Assembly (NCBI GenBank): GCA_964291545.2
Contig: OZ219860.1
Span: 829,276 to 893,275 of the forward strand
Direction of reading: 5' to 3'
Origin: Dehalococcoidia bacterium
GTDB lineage: Bacteria > Chloroflexota > Dehalococcoidia > Lucifugimonadales > UBA3495
DNA: 64,000 bases
The notes beneath the pieces were generated by a model. The model saw only the letters and a program-made list of their open reading frames with translations, did not search any database and was not told where the DNA came from. The translations under genes were made by a program, and so were the position numbers. Below, in pieces: positions 35,431-46,516 of the stretch. Each line of letters opens with the position of its first letter. The stretch's first letter is position 1.

Positions 35431-37077
35431 TCAAAACGGCCGCCGGTAAGACGCCTCGGTCTCGGCGGAGGTAATGCACTCCAGCAGGGCCGCCGTTCCG
35501 TCCTGTTCAGTGGCGTGCCGGGCCCGCCGGAAAGCGGGAATGATGTCCGCCGGCCGCTCAATCCGTTCGGCGTAGCCTCCCATGGCCCGGCCCATGTCGG
35601 CGTAGTTGCCGCCCAGGTCCCGGGCGTTGTAAAGCTCGTGGGAAGCGGCCATTATCTGCGTTTCCGCGGCCATGGTGAAGTTGTTCAGCACTACGGTAAT
35701 GATGGGTATGCGGCTTCGGACCGCCGTCTCGAAGTCGAGGCCGGTCATGCCAAAGGCGGCGTCGCCCATGAAATTGACGCAGACTTTCTCCGGCGCGGCG
35801 AGCTTGGCGCCGATGACCAGTCCCAGGCCGGTGCCCAAACCGTGGGACTTTCCCCATCCAAGATAGGTGCGGGGGCCGTTGGACCGGTAAAACGGCATAA
35901 TCTGGTCCCTGGGGCTTCCCGAATCGTGGGTCACTATGGCCTCTTCCGGCGGGACGGCCTGCATGAAATCCCAAATTACCCGGTAGGGGTTTATGGGAGC
36001 GTCGTCATTCGTCAGCTTGGCATGCCACTCCTTTACCCAGGCTTGCCGCTCGACATCTATCTCCCGCTCCGTTGCCAGGTCTTCGCGCCGGCCGTGGCCC
36101 ACTATCTCCCGGCAGGCGTCGATCACCTGCCGCAGCACCAGCTTGGCGTCTCCCAATATGGGGTAATCGACGTCGTAGTCCTTGTTTAAGTCCCTGGCGT
36201 CGTTGGTGGCCTGGATGAGGGTCTTGCCGCCGGGGATATTCATGGACATGCCGTGCTTGGTGAAGCTGCAGCCTATGCCGAAAACGAGATCAGCACGGCT
36301 CATGAAATGGTGCACCGAACCGGACATAACGCCGGAGCCGCTTCCCAGGGATAGCGGATGCACCTCGGGAAAGGCGCTCTTGCCCAGCAAGGTGGTCATC
36401 ACCGGGGCTTTCAGCAACTCGGCAAGCTCCACTAATTCTTCAGTGGCCTCGGCGTACAATACACCCTGGCCGGCGTGGATGACCGGGTACCTCGCGTTGC
36501 AAAGGGCTCTGGCGGCGGCTTCTATGTCCCTGGAATCACCCTGGGACGCCACCGGCCGGCTGGGCCGGTAGTCAAAGGCTTCTTCCGCCACTTCTTCCAT
36601 GGCGACGTCGGTGGGGACCTCCACCAGCACCGGGCCGGAGCGGCCCTGGCGGAGCGCGCCGAAGGCCCGGCGCATGACCTCGCAAACGCGGTTGGGGGAG
36701 TTGATTTGCTCGGCGTGCTTGGTGACCCCGGCAAAGTTGGCCAGGGAGCTGAAGTGGGGCCTGACTCCGGCCCTTTCCCGGGGATGGCCGGTGGGCATGA
36801 ACAGGATTGGCGTGGAGTCGGAATAGGCAGTGGCTACGCCGGCAAAGGCGTTTTCTGCTCCGGGGCCGTACTGCACCGCCGCGACACCCACAGGCCGGCC
36901 GTTGGTGACCCGGCTGAACCCGTCGGCTATGCCGATGCCCACGCGCTCCTGCCGGCAGATAATGGGGCGGATGCCGCCTTTGGCGGTGGACTCCAACACC
37001 GGGGTAGTGGGAAAGCAGCTAAGGTATTCGACGCCCTCTAGTTTCAGTATTTCGGTGATGGCGTCAACTGTGTTCAA
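35431..37077 (-). CDS. Thiamine diphosphate-dependent enzyme (acetolactate synthase / oxalyl-CoA decarboxylase / 2-hydroxyacyl-CoA lyase superfamily)
   Basis: 548 aa with three-domain ThDP architecture and a C-terminal GDAAFGM...NN ThDP-binding motif (GDAAFGMTGLDFETAVRSRIPIITVVLNN). Confidence 0.8.
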   Translation of the reverse strand: MNTVDAITEILKLEGVEYLSCFPTTPVLESTAKGGIRPIICRQERVGIGIADGFSRVTNGRPVGVAAVQYGPGAENAFAGVATAYSDSTPILFMPTGHPRERAGVRPHFSSLANFAGVTKHAEQINSPNRVCEVMRRAFGALRQGRSGPVLVEVPTDVAMEEVAEEAFDYRPSRPVASQGDSRDIEAAARALCNARYPVIHAGQGVLYAEATEELVELAELLKAPVMTTLLGKSAFPEVHPLSLGSGSGVMSGSVHHFMSRADLVFGIGCSFTKHGMSMNIPGGKTLIQATNDARDLNKDYDVDYPILGDAKLVLRQVIDACREIVGHGRREDLATEREIDVERQAWVKEWHAKLTNDDAPINPYRVIWDFMQAVPPEEAIVTHDSGSPRDQIMPFYRSNGPRTYLGWGKSHGLGTGLGLVIGAKLAAPEKVCVNFMGDAAFGMTGLDFETAVRSRIPIITVVLNNFTMAAETQIMAASHELYNARDLGGNYADMGRAMGGYAERIERPADIIPAFRRARHATEQDGTAALLECITSAETEASYRRPF

Positions 37078-37278
37078 CTATTGACTTCCTCTCGGACTCC
37101 ATCTCGCCACGGCCGCCGCAATTCCTCGACCCAAATGTCCAGGCGAAAGGCGGCGGCATGGGCCGAACTGCATGTCTGCGGCGCACCGGGAATTGAGAAC
37201 CGGATAGAGTATATCACGAGGCGAGGCCGGTGACGGCCCCATGGTCCACAGGACGTCGGGCGGGAAATCAGGCTAATC

Positions 37279-38838
37279 TCAGGGTGCGGCGGGGCCTCCG
37301 AAACGGTCTCGCAGGTCTCGTTTCAGCACCTTGCCCATGACGTTCCTGGGGAGTTCGTCGACGAAGACGACAGACCGGGGGCGCTTGAACCCGGCCAGGC
37401 GCGGCGCGCAATGGTCGAGCAGTTCCTCTTCGTTCAAGTCCTTTGAGTTGGGCACCACCACCGCCCGTACCTCCTCTCCCCATTCGGGGTCGGGAACGCC
37501 GATTACCGCGGCGTCATCGACCATGGGATGGGACCTGAGGACGTTCTCCACCTCTTCCGGAGAGACCATCTCCCCGCCCCGCTTGATGAAGTCCTTGCTC
37601 CTGCCGGACAGGTATATGTAGTCGTCTTCGTCCCGGTAGCCAAGGTCGCCGGTATAGACCCAGCCGGAGCGCAGGATTTCCCGGGTGACGCTTTCCTCCT
37701 GCCAGTACCCGGCCATCATGCGGCCGCCGCGGGCGACAATCTCGCCTGTTTCGCCGGCGGGCAATGGGCTGCCGCCTTCGTCGACGATTTGCACCTCGAC
37801 GTCGTCCAAAGGCCGGCCAATGGACGTGAGCCTGCGCAGCTTGGTCTCGATTTCTTCAGGGCTGCCTTCCAAGACATGGTCTTCGGGGGGCAGCATGGTT
37901 ATGGTGGAGGCGGTCTCGGTCTGGCCGAAGGCGTTGATGAAGCGGGCGCCGGGAAACTCTTGGATGGCCCGCCTGATGACTTCCAGGGGCATCGACGCCC
38001 CGCCGTAGGTGATGACGTCCAGGGAGGACAGGTCGAAGTCGTGGAATTGGGGATGGTCCATCAATTGCTTGAGCATGGTGGGCACGATCATGGCCCGGTT
38101 GACCCGTTGCTGCTGCACCAAGGTCAGCCACTCCACCGGGTCGAACTGGCGCATGACCACCATGGTGCGGCCGCCATAGACCGCGGCCAGGACAGCCTGA
38201 AAGCCGGCGACGTGGTAGAGGGGAACGGTGAGCAGGTTGCTTTCCTCGATGTCCGGGTCCGCCGGGGTCACCGCCGTCAACAGGTACGACGAGAAGCTGT
38301 CGTGGGTCAGCATCACACCCTTGGGCGCGCCGGTGGTGCCTGCAGTGAACATAATGATGGTGGTATCGCCGTCGTCCGCCTCTGGGAAGTGGAGTTCGTC
38401 GTCCGATGCTCCGGCCAGCAGTTCTTCATAGCCGGCGCCTGCCTCGCCGGGCTTGCCGTCCAGGACGACAACGTGCGCAGGGATTACTCCCGGGGCTGCG
38501 TCCAGCAGCGGCAAATAGCGCTGCCCCACGAACATGATGCCGGGCTGGGCCTGGGAGAGCATCTGGGCCAGTTCTTCTTCCTTGGCGCGGAAGTTGATGG
38601 GAACGAATACGGCGTCTAACTGGGCGGCGGCGAAGTAGACCTCGATGGCCTGGGGGCAGTTGACCTGCATCACCGCCACGCGGTCGCCCCTGCCGATTCC
38701 CAGGCCGGCCATGGCGTTGGCCAGACGGTTGGCCCTCTGCTGGAGTTCGGCGAAGGAGAGGGAGGCGCCGTCGAAATATACGGCGGTGCGGTCGCGCACG
38801 ATGGCGCCGGCTATTGTGAGAAATTCGCTAGTCCGCAT
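37279..38838 (-). CDS. AMP-dependent acyl-CoA synthetase/ligase
   Basis: Motifs IMFTAGTTGAPKGV (AMP-binding motif I), YGQTE-like FGQTETAS, and GWVYTGDLGYRDEDDYIYLSGRSKD. Confidence 0.87.
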   Translation of the reverse strand: MRTSEFLTIAGAIVRDRTAVYFDGASLSFAELQQRANRLANAMAGLGIGRGDRVAVMQVNCPQAIEVYFAAAQLDAVFVPINFRAKEEELAQMLSQAQPGIMFVGQRYLPLLDAAPGVIPAHVVVLDGKPGEAGAGYEELLAGASDDELHFPEADDGDTTIIMFTAGTTGAPKGVMLTHDSFSSYLLTAVTPADPDIEESNLLTVPLYHVAGFQAVLAAVYGGRTMVVMRQFDPVEWLTLVQQQRVNRAMIVPTMLKQLMDHPQFHDFDLSSLDVITYGGASMPLEVIRRAIQEFPGARFINAFGQTETASTITMLPPEDHVLEGSPEEIETKLRRLTSIGRPLDDVEVQIVDEGGSPLPAGETGEIVARGGRMMAGYWQEESVTREILRSGWVYTGDLGYRDEDDYIYLSGRSKDFIKRGGEMVSPEEVENVLRSHPMVDDAAVIGVPDPEWGEEVRAVVVPNSKDLNEEELLDHCAPRLAGFKRPRSVVFVDELPRNVMGKVLKRDLRDRFGGPAAP

Positions 38839-38844
38839 TGTGTT

Positions 38845-39564
38845 TCATAGGGCCTGGACAGCCAGCATGGACTCGGTCTGCAGCGCATCAGCCAGGGGCA
38901 GGTCGGCCCCCCTTTGCAGGGTCTGTTTGGCCGCGGCAGCCAGCCGGGGTTCCAGGGCGGCCAGCCGGCGGCAGAGTTCCCAGGCCTGGTCGAGCAACTC
39001 CTCGTCGGGGGTCACCCGTGTAAGCAGGCCCAGTGACAGGGCTTCTTCCGCTCCAATGCGGCGGCCGGTGAGCAGCAAGTCCAGGGCGGACGACCAACCG
39101 GCGATTCTCGGGACCGTTTGGGTGCCCCCAGCCGCGGGTATCATGCCAAGCTGGACCTCGGGCATGGCGAAGACGGCGCTCTCTGCGCCGATGCGGATGT
39201 CGCTGAGGAGCGCTATTTCAATTCCAGACCCGATGCAGTAACCGTGGATTGCGGCTACCACCGGTACGGGTACGGCCAGAAGCTGGCCCCAAACGTCGCG
39301 CTCCCAGCGAACGCGGCGGGCAACCGTCTGGGACGGCGCTGTTCCGAACTCGGTCAGGTCTGCCCCGGCGCAGAAGGCCCTTCCCTGGCCGGTAATCAGC
39401 AAGCTTCTAACGCCGTGATCGTCGTGCACCGCAGCGAGGGCTTGGGAAAAGTCGTCCCGCATTTGGATGTTGTATGCGTTCAGGACTTCCGGACGGTCCA
39501 ACGAGATGTGGGCCACGGGGCCTTGCTTCTCGTACACGAGTGTTTCGAAACCGGTCATGGACAT
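38845..39564 (-). CDS. Enoyl-CoA hydratase/isomerase (crotonase) family protein
   Basis: Motifs HISLDRPEVLNAYN and AFCAGADL, plus the oxyanion-hole segment AIHGYCIGSGIEIALLSDIRI. Confidence 0.85.
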   Translation of the reverse strand: MSMTGFETLVYEKQGPVAHISLDRPEVLNAYNIQMRDDFSQALAAVHDDHGVRSLLITGQGRAFCAGADLTEFGTAPSQTVARRVRWERDVWGQLLAVPVPVVAAIHGYCIGSGIEIALLSDIRIGAESAVFAMPEVQLGMIPAAGGTQTVPRIAGWSSALDLLLTGRRIGAEEALSLGLLTRVTPDEELLDQAWELCRRLAALEPRLAAAAKQTLQRGADLPLADALQTESMLAVQAL

Positions 39565-39567
39565 GCT

Positions 39568-40128
39568 CTAGCTGGAGACCGAACCTGCGACGGAATCGTC
39601 AGCCCTGCGGTACAGGTCTTCCAATTCCACTTCGGTGTAGCGCAATCCGATGTTTTCCAGGTTGTGGGCGTCGCTGACTTCGAGGACCAGCAGGTCGTGT
39701 TCCCCGGCGACCTCCAACACCCGGCTCTTGCGAATGTGCCAGTTGTGTATGTAGTTGTCGATTTCTATGGCGTGAACACCGTCCTCTATGATGATGTCCG
39801 GGGAGTAGTACCCCGGATGGCAGTAGCTGCGAAAAGTGCCCCCGCCGGGCAGGAACAACTCGGCGATCTGGTATTCAGAGAAGGGGTTTTGGGACGGCCG
39901 GACTTCGATTTCCCAGCCGGGGATGATGATGACCTCACCGGGGTATTTTTCCTCCACCAGGTCCCGGAACTTGAAGGCCCACTCCTTGTCGTTGTGGTCG
40001 GTGACCGCCAAGCCGTCTATGCCCCGGTCCTTGATCCTGGCCACCACCTGCTCGGCCATGGCCGGGGTGGGGTCCTGGAAGCTAAAGGCTTCCCAGATGT
40101 GGGTATGTAAGTCCAGCTTGACCTTCAC
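39568..40128 (-). CDS. PHP-domain-like metal-dependent phosphoesterase family protein
   Basis: LDLHTHI...GIDGLAVTDHND...H..., the PHP His/Asp pattern. 186 aa. Confidence 0.5.
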   Translation of the reverse strand: MKVKLDLHTHIWEAFSFQDPTPAMAEQVVARIKDRGIDGLAVTDHNDKEWAFKFRDLVEEKYPGEVIIIPGWEIEVRPSQNPFSEYQIAELFLPGGGTFRSYCHPGYYSPDIIIEDGVHAIEIDNYIHNWHIRKSRVLEVAGEHDLLVLEVSDAHNLENIGLRYTEVELEDLYRRADDSVAGSVSS

Positions 40129-40176
40129 CAGGTTACCGTCCCGTCCCTGCCGAACCCTCCGCGTCTCAAGGGTAAC

Positions 40177-41016
40177 CTATTCTCCCCTGAATTCAGGCCG
40201 GCGACGCTCCAAAAACGAGTTGATTCCTTCGGCCCTGTCGTCGGTTTCGTATAGTAGCATGTTCAGGTCCGCTTCCAGGCGCAACCCTTGGGCAAGCGTG
40301 ACGTCTAAGCCCTTCTTCACCGCTTCCTTGGCATAGCCGGCGGCGATGGGAGCGCCGGCTACGATGTTCTCCACCAGCTTGTCCGCCTGCGGCCAAAGCT
40401 CTTCTTTAGCGAACACCCTGTTGACCAACCCGATCTTCAGGGCCTCCGCGGCGGGAACCACCCGCCCAGTAAGAATCATATCACTGGCCCGGCCTGGGCC
40501 AACCAGGCGGGGCAGCCGCTGGGTGCCGCCGTCCCAGGGGAATACGCCGTTGGCAAGGTCGTTCAAGGCGAACCGCGCTTCTTCCGAGGCAATCCTGAGG
40601 TCGGCCGCCAGGGCCAACTCCATCCCGTGGTCGAAGGCGTCCCCTTCCACCATAGCAACGACGGGAATGGACAATTCAGCCACAGCCGACGCTACTTGCA
40701 TTCGAGACAACCAGCCAGCGAGATCCGCTCCGCCTTGCGCTAGCAGGTCCGGAGGGGGGCTGGTCCGCCCCAATGAGAAGACGCCGCCGGAGCCGGCGAC
40801 GATGAGCAGGCGAATGCCCTCGTCCTGGGAAACAGCCGCGCACAACTCTTTCAACTCGGCGGCCGTCTCGGCGTCGATGCGGTTGCCGGCTGCAGGGTTG
40901 GTCAGCCTGACCGTCGCGACGGAGTTATCCCGCTGAAAGTCCAGCGTTTCGTACTTGATTTGGGCACGCTCCAAGCCGGCAGACTGTCCGGGCGAAGTGG
41001 TGTCAAACGCCAACAT
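40177..41016 (-). CDS. Enoyl-CoA hydratase/isomerase (crotonase) family protein
   Basis: [15 protein letters not shown]...VFSLGRT...[24 protein letters not shown]. The start codon is uncertain within the first ~20 aa. Confidence 0.8.
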   Translation of the reverse strand: MLAFDTTSPGQSAGLERAQIKYETLDFQRDNSVATVRLTNPAAGNRIDAETAAELKELCAAVSQDEGIRLLIVAGSGGVFSLGRTSPPPDLLAQGGADLAGWLSRMQVASAVAELSIPVVAMVEGDAFDHGMELALAADLRIASEEARFALNDLANGVFPWDGGTQRLPRLVGPGRASDMILTGRVVPAAEALKIGLVNRVFAKEELWPQADKLVENIVAGAPIAAGYAKEAVKKGLDVTLAQGLRLEADLNMLLYETDDRAEGINSFLERRRPEFRGE

Positions 41017-41037
41017 GGTAGGGCCGCGCGGCGTATC

Positions 41038-41066
41038 TTGACAATAGTTTTTGCCTTTATTACTAT
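41038..41066 (+). promoter_or_regulatory. Sigma70-type promoter candidate for groES-groEL
   Basis: TTGACA (41038-41043), a 17-nt spacer, then TACTAT (41061-41066), about 85 nt upstream of the groES start. Confidence 0.5.
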
Positions 41067-41151
41067 GAATTGTCGCCCCAAATTTTGGAGTGATAATCTG
41101 TGCCGTCCAGGCACTAGTTCAGAGTATAAGCACCGTAGAAAGGAGGCAGGC

Positions 41152-43105
<1,954 letters not shown>

Positions 43106-43133
43106 TCCCCTATAGTCCTGTCTTGGGATTGGA

Positions 43134-43165
43134 TGGGGCGCGGCGTGCCGCGCCCCATTTCTTTT
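43134..43165 (+). terminator. Intrinsic terminator after groEL
   Basis: TGGGGCGCGGC-gt-GCCGCGCCCCA followed by TTTCTTTT. Confidence 0.7.
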
Positions 43166-43392
43166 GTCCAATTAGGCAGACTTCACAGGTCGCCGGCGTC
43201 TTACACTTACCAACCGCCAACTGCTACAATTCCGTGAGCCGTCAACCGTCCGAACAAGCGCCGCCCGCACGGTGTTGACATAACGCATGCCAATTTCTTG
43301 CCCGGTCTTCAAGAGTTCGCTGTGGGTCAGACACTCACCAGCGAGCGCTGACAATTGGCCGCAGCGCGGCGCTAAGGAGTAAAGTAAACGGT

Positions 43393-44127
43393 ATGCAGTC
43401 TGCGCCGGACAACGGCCCTCCGGGCCCTTCAAGAACGGACAAAGTGTGCTCTTCCGCAACCGTCGCGCTGGGCGGAATTTCCCAGGGAGCCACGGTGTTT
43501 GTAGCGGGTTTCGCCGGCATCGGATGGCCGGAGACCCTGCTCAAGGCCCTTCACTCCATTGGCGTAGACTCACTCACCTTGGTCTGCCAGGGAGTATGGC
43601 CAAATCCCAAGGGCAATGGACAGGGATCTGATGCCCTGGAAGAATTGGTAGCCTCCGGACGGGTGGCCAAGCTGATTTCTCCGCTCCCGTTCATACCGGG
43701 CAGCGGAGGGGCGGTGGAAGCGAAGTGGCGTTCGGGCGGCGTGGAGTTAGAGGTTGTTTCGCAGGCGGCGCTGGCGGAACGAATCAGGGCCGCCGGCGCG
43801 GGGCTGGGCGGGGTGTTTCTTCCCGTCGGTCCCGGGATCAGGTTCGCAGAAGGCAAAGAGGTCAAATCCCTTGGAGGGCGAGACCACGTGTTGGAGCAAC
43901 CGTTGCGGGCCGACTTCGCCTTGCTGCGGGCCAAGACCGCCGACACCCTGGGCAACACGGTCTACCAAGCCACCCAGCGGAACTGGAACCCCCTGATGGC
44001 CATGGCCGCGCAGACCACCGCAATAGAGGTGGACAACGTTGTGGAACCCGGGGCAATGGACCCCGAGCAGGTCATCACACCCGGTATCTTCATCGACCGC
44101 GTAGTACAGACGGAACAAGGGCGCTGA
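43393..44127 (+). CDS. Class I (3-oxoacid) CoA-transferase alpha-subunit-like protein (A1)
   Basis: It aligns by eye along its length with AtoD/ScoA: VFVAGFAGIGWPETLL, LEVVSQAALAERIRAAGAGLGGVFLPVGPG, ADFALLRAKTADTLGNTVYQATQRNWNPLMAMAA and ITPGIFIDRVV. The start codon is uncertain. Confidence 0.75.
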   Translation: MQSAPDNGPPGPSRTDKVCSSATVALGGISQGATVFVAGFAGIGWPETLLKALHSIGVDSLTLVCQGVWPNPKGNGQGSDALEELVASGRVAKLISPLPFIPGSGGAVEAKWRSGGVELEVVSQAALAERIRAAGAGLGGVFLPVGPGIRFAEGKEVKSLGGRDHVLEQPLRADFALLRAKTADTLGNTVYQATQRNWNPLMAMAAQTTAIEVDNVVEPGAMDPEQVITPGIFIDRVVQTEQGR

Positions 44128-44154
44128 GGACTCGCCGAGGAAGTCTCTAGGAAC

Positions 44155-45585
44155 ATGGCTGCGAAAGAACGGATAGACGTTCAACGGCTGGCCCGCAGGG
44201 CGGCGCAAGAATTTCGCGCCGGAGAGGTGGTTGGCCTGGGGCCTGGGATGCCTTCGCTGATCCCTAACCATGTCCCAGCCGGCTGGGGAGTCTGGTTCCT
44301 GGCCGACAGCGGCGCCCTTGGCTTCAGGGCTGCCAACGGCGCGCCTACTCCGGATTCGCATAACCCCAGCGGCCCGGTGGACTCCAACGGCCAGCCCGCA
44401 GCCTTCATACCTGGGGGGTCGACGCTAAGCACGGTTGATTTAGCAGGCCTGATACACGCTGGCTACGTGGACGCCGCGGCGCTGCAACCGGCTTTTGTCA
44501 CTCCCTCCGGAGACTTTACCCACTGGACCACGGCGGCCACTCCCGGGCTGTTTTCGCCGTCCTCGGCAGTCGAGTTGGCCGCCTGCTCCGGGCGGGTGAT
44601 AGCGATGCTCCCCCACACCGGCGGGGACGGGTCACCCGCCATTGTGGACTCGCACACTCTCCCCCTGGACGGGGTGGGCTGCGTAGGCACGGTGATTACC
44701 GACGCGGCGGTGTTCAGCATCACCGGCGTGGGCCTTACGCTGCTTGAGGTTGCGCCGGGTTGGAATGTTGACGACGTTGCCGCTATAACCAACGCCCCCT
44801 TTCAAGTCTCCCCGGAAGTCCGGGAGATGAGCTTCGACCTGCCGGACTTGAAGTTTCCCAACAAGGTCTGCGAAAGCGGCCTCGAGGCGATACGAGACCT
44901 GCCAGACAATGCCGTGGTAAACGTCGACGGCTTCGGCGGCCCGGGCGGCATGGCCCACTACCTGCTTACGTCCCTGGCGAACCAAGGGGCCAGGGGACTG
45001 ACGATTATCAGCAACACCGTCGGCATCGCCCGGGTGGCGGGGTTCGGGTCGCCTCCCGGCCTCCAGGCCATAGACCACAGCATCCTTGTCGACGCTGGTC
45101 AAGTGGCGAAGGGCATTGCTTCGTTCCCGGTGTCGCCCAGGGTATCCAGGCCTAACTCCTTCGAAATGGCCTACCAGCGGGGCGACGTGGAATTGCAGCT
45201 GGTCCCACAGGGCACCCTAGCCGAACGGCTCCGGGCCGGCGGCGCAGGGGTGGGCGCCTTCTACACGCCCACCGGGGCCGGCACCCTGTTGGCTGAGGGC
45301 AAGGAGACCCGCACAATAGACGGCAGGGACTACGTACTGGAGACGGGACTGAAAGCCGATTTCTGCTTGATCCGGGGTCACAAGGCCGACACCCTGGGCA
45401 ACGTGGTATACCAGGGCACGTCACGCAACTTCAACGCCGTCATGGCCCCGGCGGCACGGATTACCGTCGTAGAGGTGGACGAGATTGTGGAGCCCGGCGC
45501 ACTGGGACCTGAAGAAATTGTCACTCCCGGCATCTACGTTGACCGGATAGTGCAGCGTCCTGCCGGTTTTTCTCCTTACGAGTAG
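44155..45585 (+). CDS. Fusion protein: degenerate CoA-transferase beta-like N-terminal half (B1) plus alpha-like C-terminal half (A2)
   Basis: The first ~235 aa resemble AtoA/ScoB (RLARRAAQEFRAGEVVGLGPGMPSLIPNHVP...LADSGALG). Residues ~240-476 resemble AtoD/ScoA (VNVDGFGGPGGMAHYLL, LQLVPQGTLAERLRAGGAGVGAFYTPTGAG, ADFCLIRGHKADTLGNVVYQGTSRNFNAVMAPAA). It is a single uninterrupted frame. Confidence 0.7.
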   Translation: MAAKERIDVQRLARRAAQEFRAGEVVGLGPGMPSLIPNHVPAGWGVWFLADSGALGFRAANGAPTPDSHNPSGPVDSNGQPAAFIPGGSTLSTVDLAGLIHAGYVDAAALQPAFVTPSGDFTHWTTAATPGLFSPSSAVELAACSGRVIAMLPHTGGDGSPAIVDSHTLPLDGVGCVGTVITDAAVFSITGVGLTLLEVAPGWNVDDVAAITNAPFQVSPEVREMSFDLPDLKFPNKVCESGLEAIRDLPDNAVVNVDGFGGPGGMAHYLLTSLANQGARGLTIISNTVGIARVAGFGSPPGLQAIDHSILVDAGQVAKGIASFPVSPRVSRPNSFEMAYQRGDVELQLVPQGTLAERLRAGGAGVGAFYTPTGAGTLLAEGKETRTIDGRDYVLETGLKADFCLIRGHKADTLGNVVYQGTSRNFNAVMAPAARITVVEVDEIVEPGALGPEEIVTPGIYVDRIVQRPAGFSPYE

Positions 45586-45685
45586 TGACCGGTTGGACAA
45601 TTGCAGATATGATTCGACGATGCCAATCTACCGGGGTTTTATCCCGCCCGTCTCCTACCGCAGGGCAGGGTCTCGATAAACAGCA

Positions 45686-46363
45686 ATGAGCGCAGCGCCC
45701 AATAAAGAACGCCTGGACCGGGAAGTCATCGCGATGAGGGTGGCCAAAGAGCTGCCCGACGGCGCCTTTGTCAATCTGGGCATCGGCATTCCGACCCTGG
45801 TATCCAACTTCCTGCCGGAGGACAGGACGGTCTTCTACCACAGCCAAAGCGGCGTTCTGAACTGCGGGCCTCTGGCCGACGAAGGGGAAGAAGACATCGA
45901 CCTCATCAACGCCGGCGGGCAGTTCCTGCAACCCACCCCGGGAATGGCATACTTCAGTTCCGCCGAGGCCTTCGCCATGATCCGCGGCGGCCACGTGGAC
46001 GTCACCGTCCTGGGGGCGCACCAAGTCTCGGCCAAGGGAGACCTGGCCAACTGGCTGCTGCCACAGAGGGGAGTGGGCAACGTGGGCGGGGCAATGGACC
46101 TGGCCGCCGGCGCGAAGACCGTCATCGTAGCCATGGAGCACACCGACCGCAAGAACCAACCCAAGATTGTCGAGGAGTGCACCTTCCCCATTACCGGCAA
46201 GGGGTGCGTGTCCCTTGTAGTGACCGACCTGGCGGTAATCGAGCGGACCGATCAGGGACTGGTCTTGAAAGAGGTGGCTCCCGGTTGGAGCCCCGAAGAG
46301 GTGCACCAGCTTACCGGCGCGAGGCTGATTCCGGCCCCAGACCTGACGGAATACCATCTTTAA
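45686..46363 (+). CDS. Class I CoA-transferase beta-subunit-like protein (B2) with Gln in place of the catalytic Glu
   Basis: Close by-eye match to AtoA: VAKELPDGAFVNLGIGIPTLVSNFLPE, LINAGGQ, MIRGGHVDVTVLGAHQVSAKGDLANW, NVGGAMDL. The SENG motif reads SQSG. Confidence 0.8.
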   Translation: MSAAPNKERLDREVIAMRVAKELPDGAFVNLGIGIPTLVSNFLPEDRTVFYHSQSGVLNCGPLADEGEEDIDLINAGGQFLQPTPGMAYFSSAEAFAMIRGGHVDVTVLGAHQVSAKGDLANWLLPQRGVGNVGGAMDLAAGAKTVIVAMEHTDRKNQPKIVEECTFPITGKGCVSLVVTDLAVIERTDQGLVLKEVAPGWSPEEVHQLTGARLIPAPDLTEYHL

Positions 46364-46516
46364 GAGTAGCGGTGGCCTGGCGGCTTGAAACGCGAGTCAC
46401 TGCAACTGCCAAGAGAGACATTGGGCGAGGGTAGAAAATACTTTCGCGCCTGATAGTGACCAATGCGCCATTTCCGGCGGCGCTGGTGGCCATGACAACC
46501 CTATAGCGGGTTTCAC

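Noticed and set aside
40960-41151. 64-aa N-terminal extension of groES, and a search for a CIRCE (TTAGCACTC-N9-GAGTGCTAA) operator upstream
   Set aside because: The extension overlaps the divergent crotonase start and promoter and has no GroES homology. I found only weak 4-5-bp inverted repeats (GTGCC-gtcca-GGCAC) and nothing matching CIRCE.
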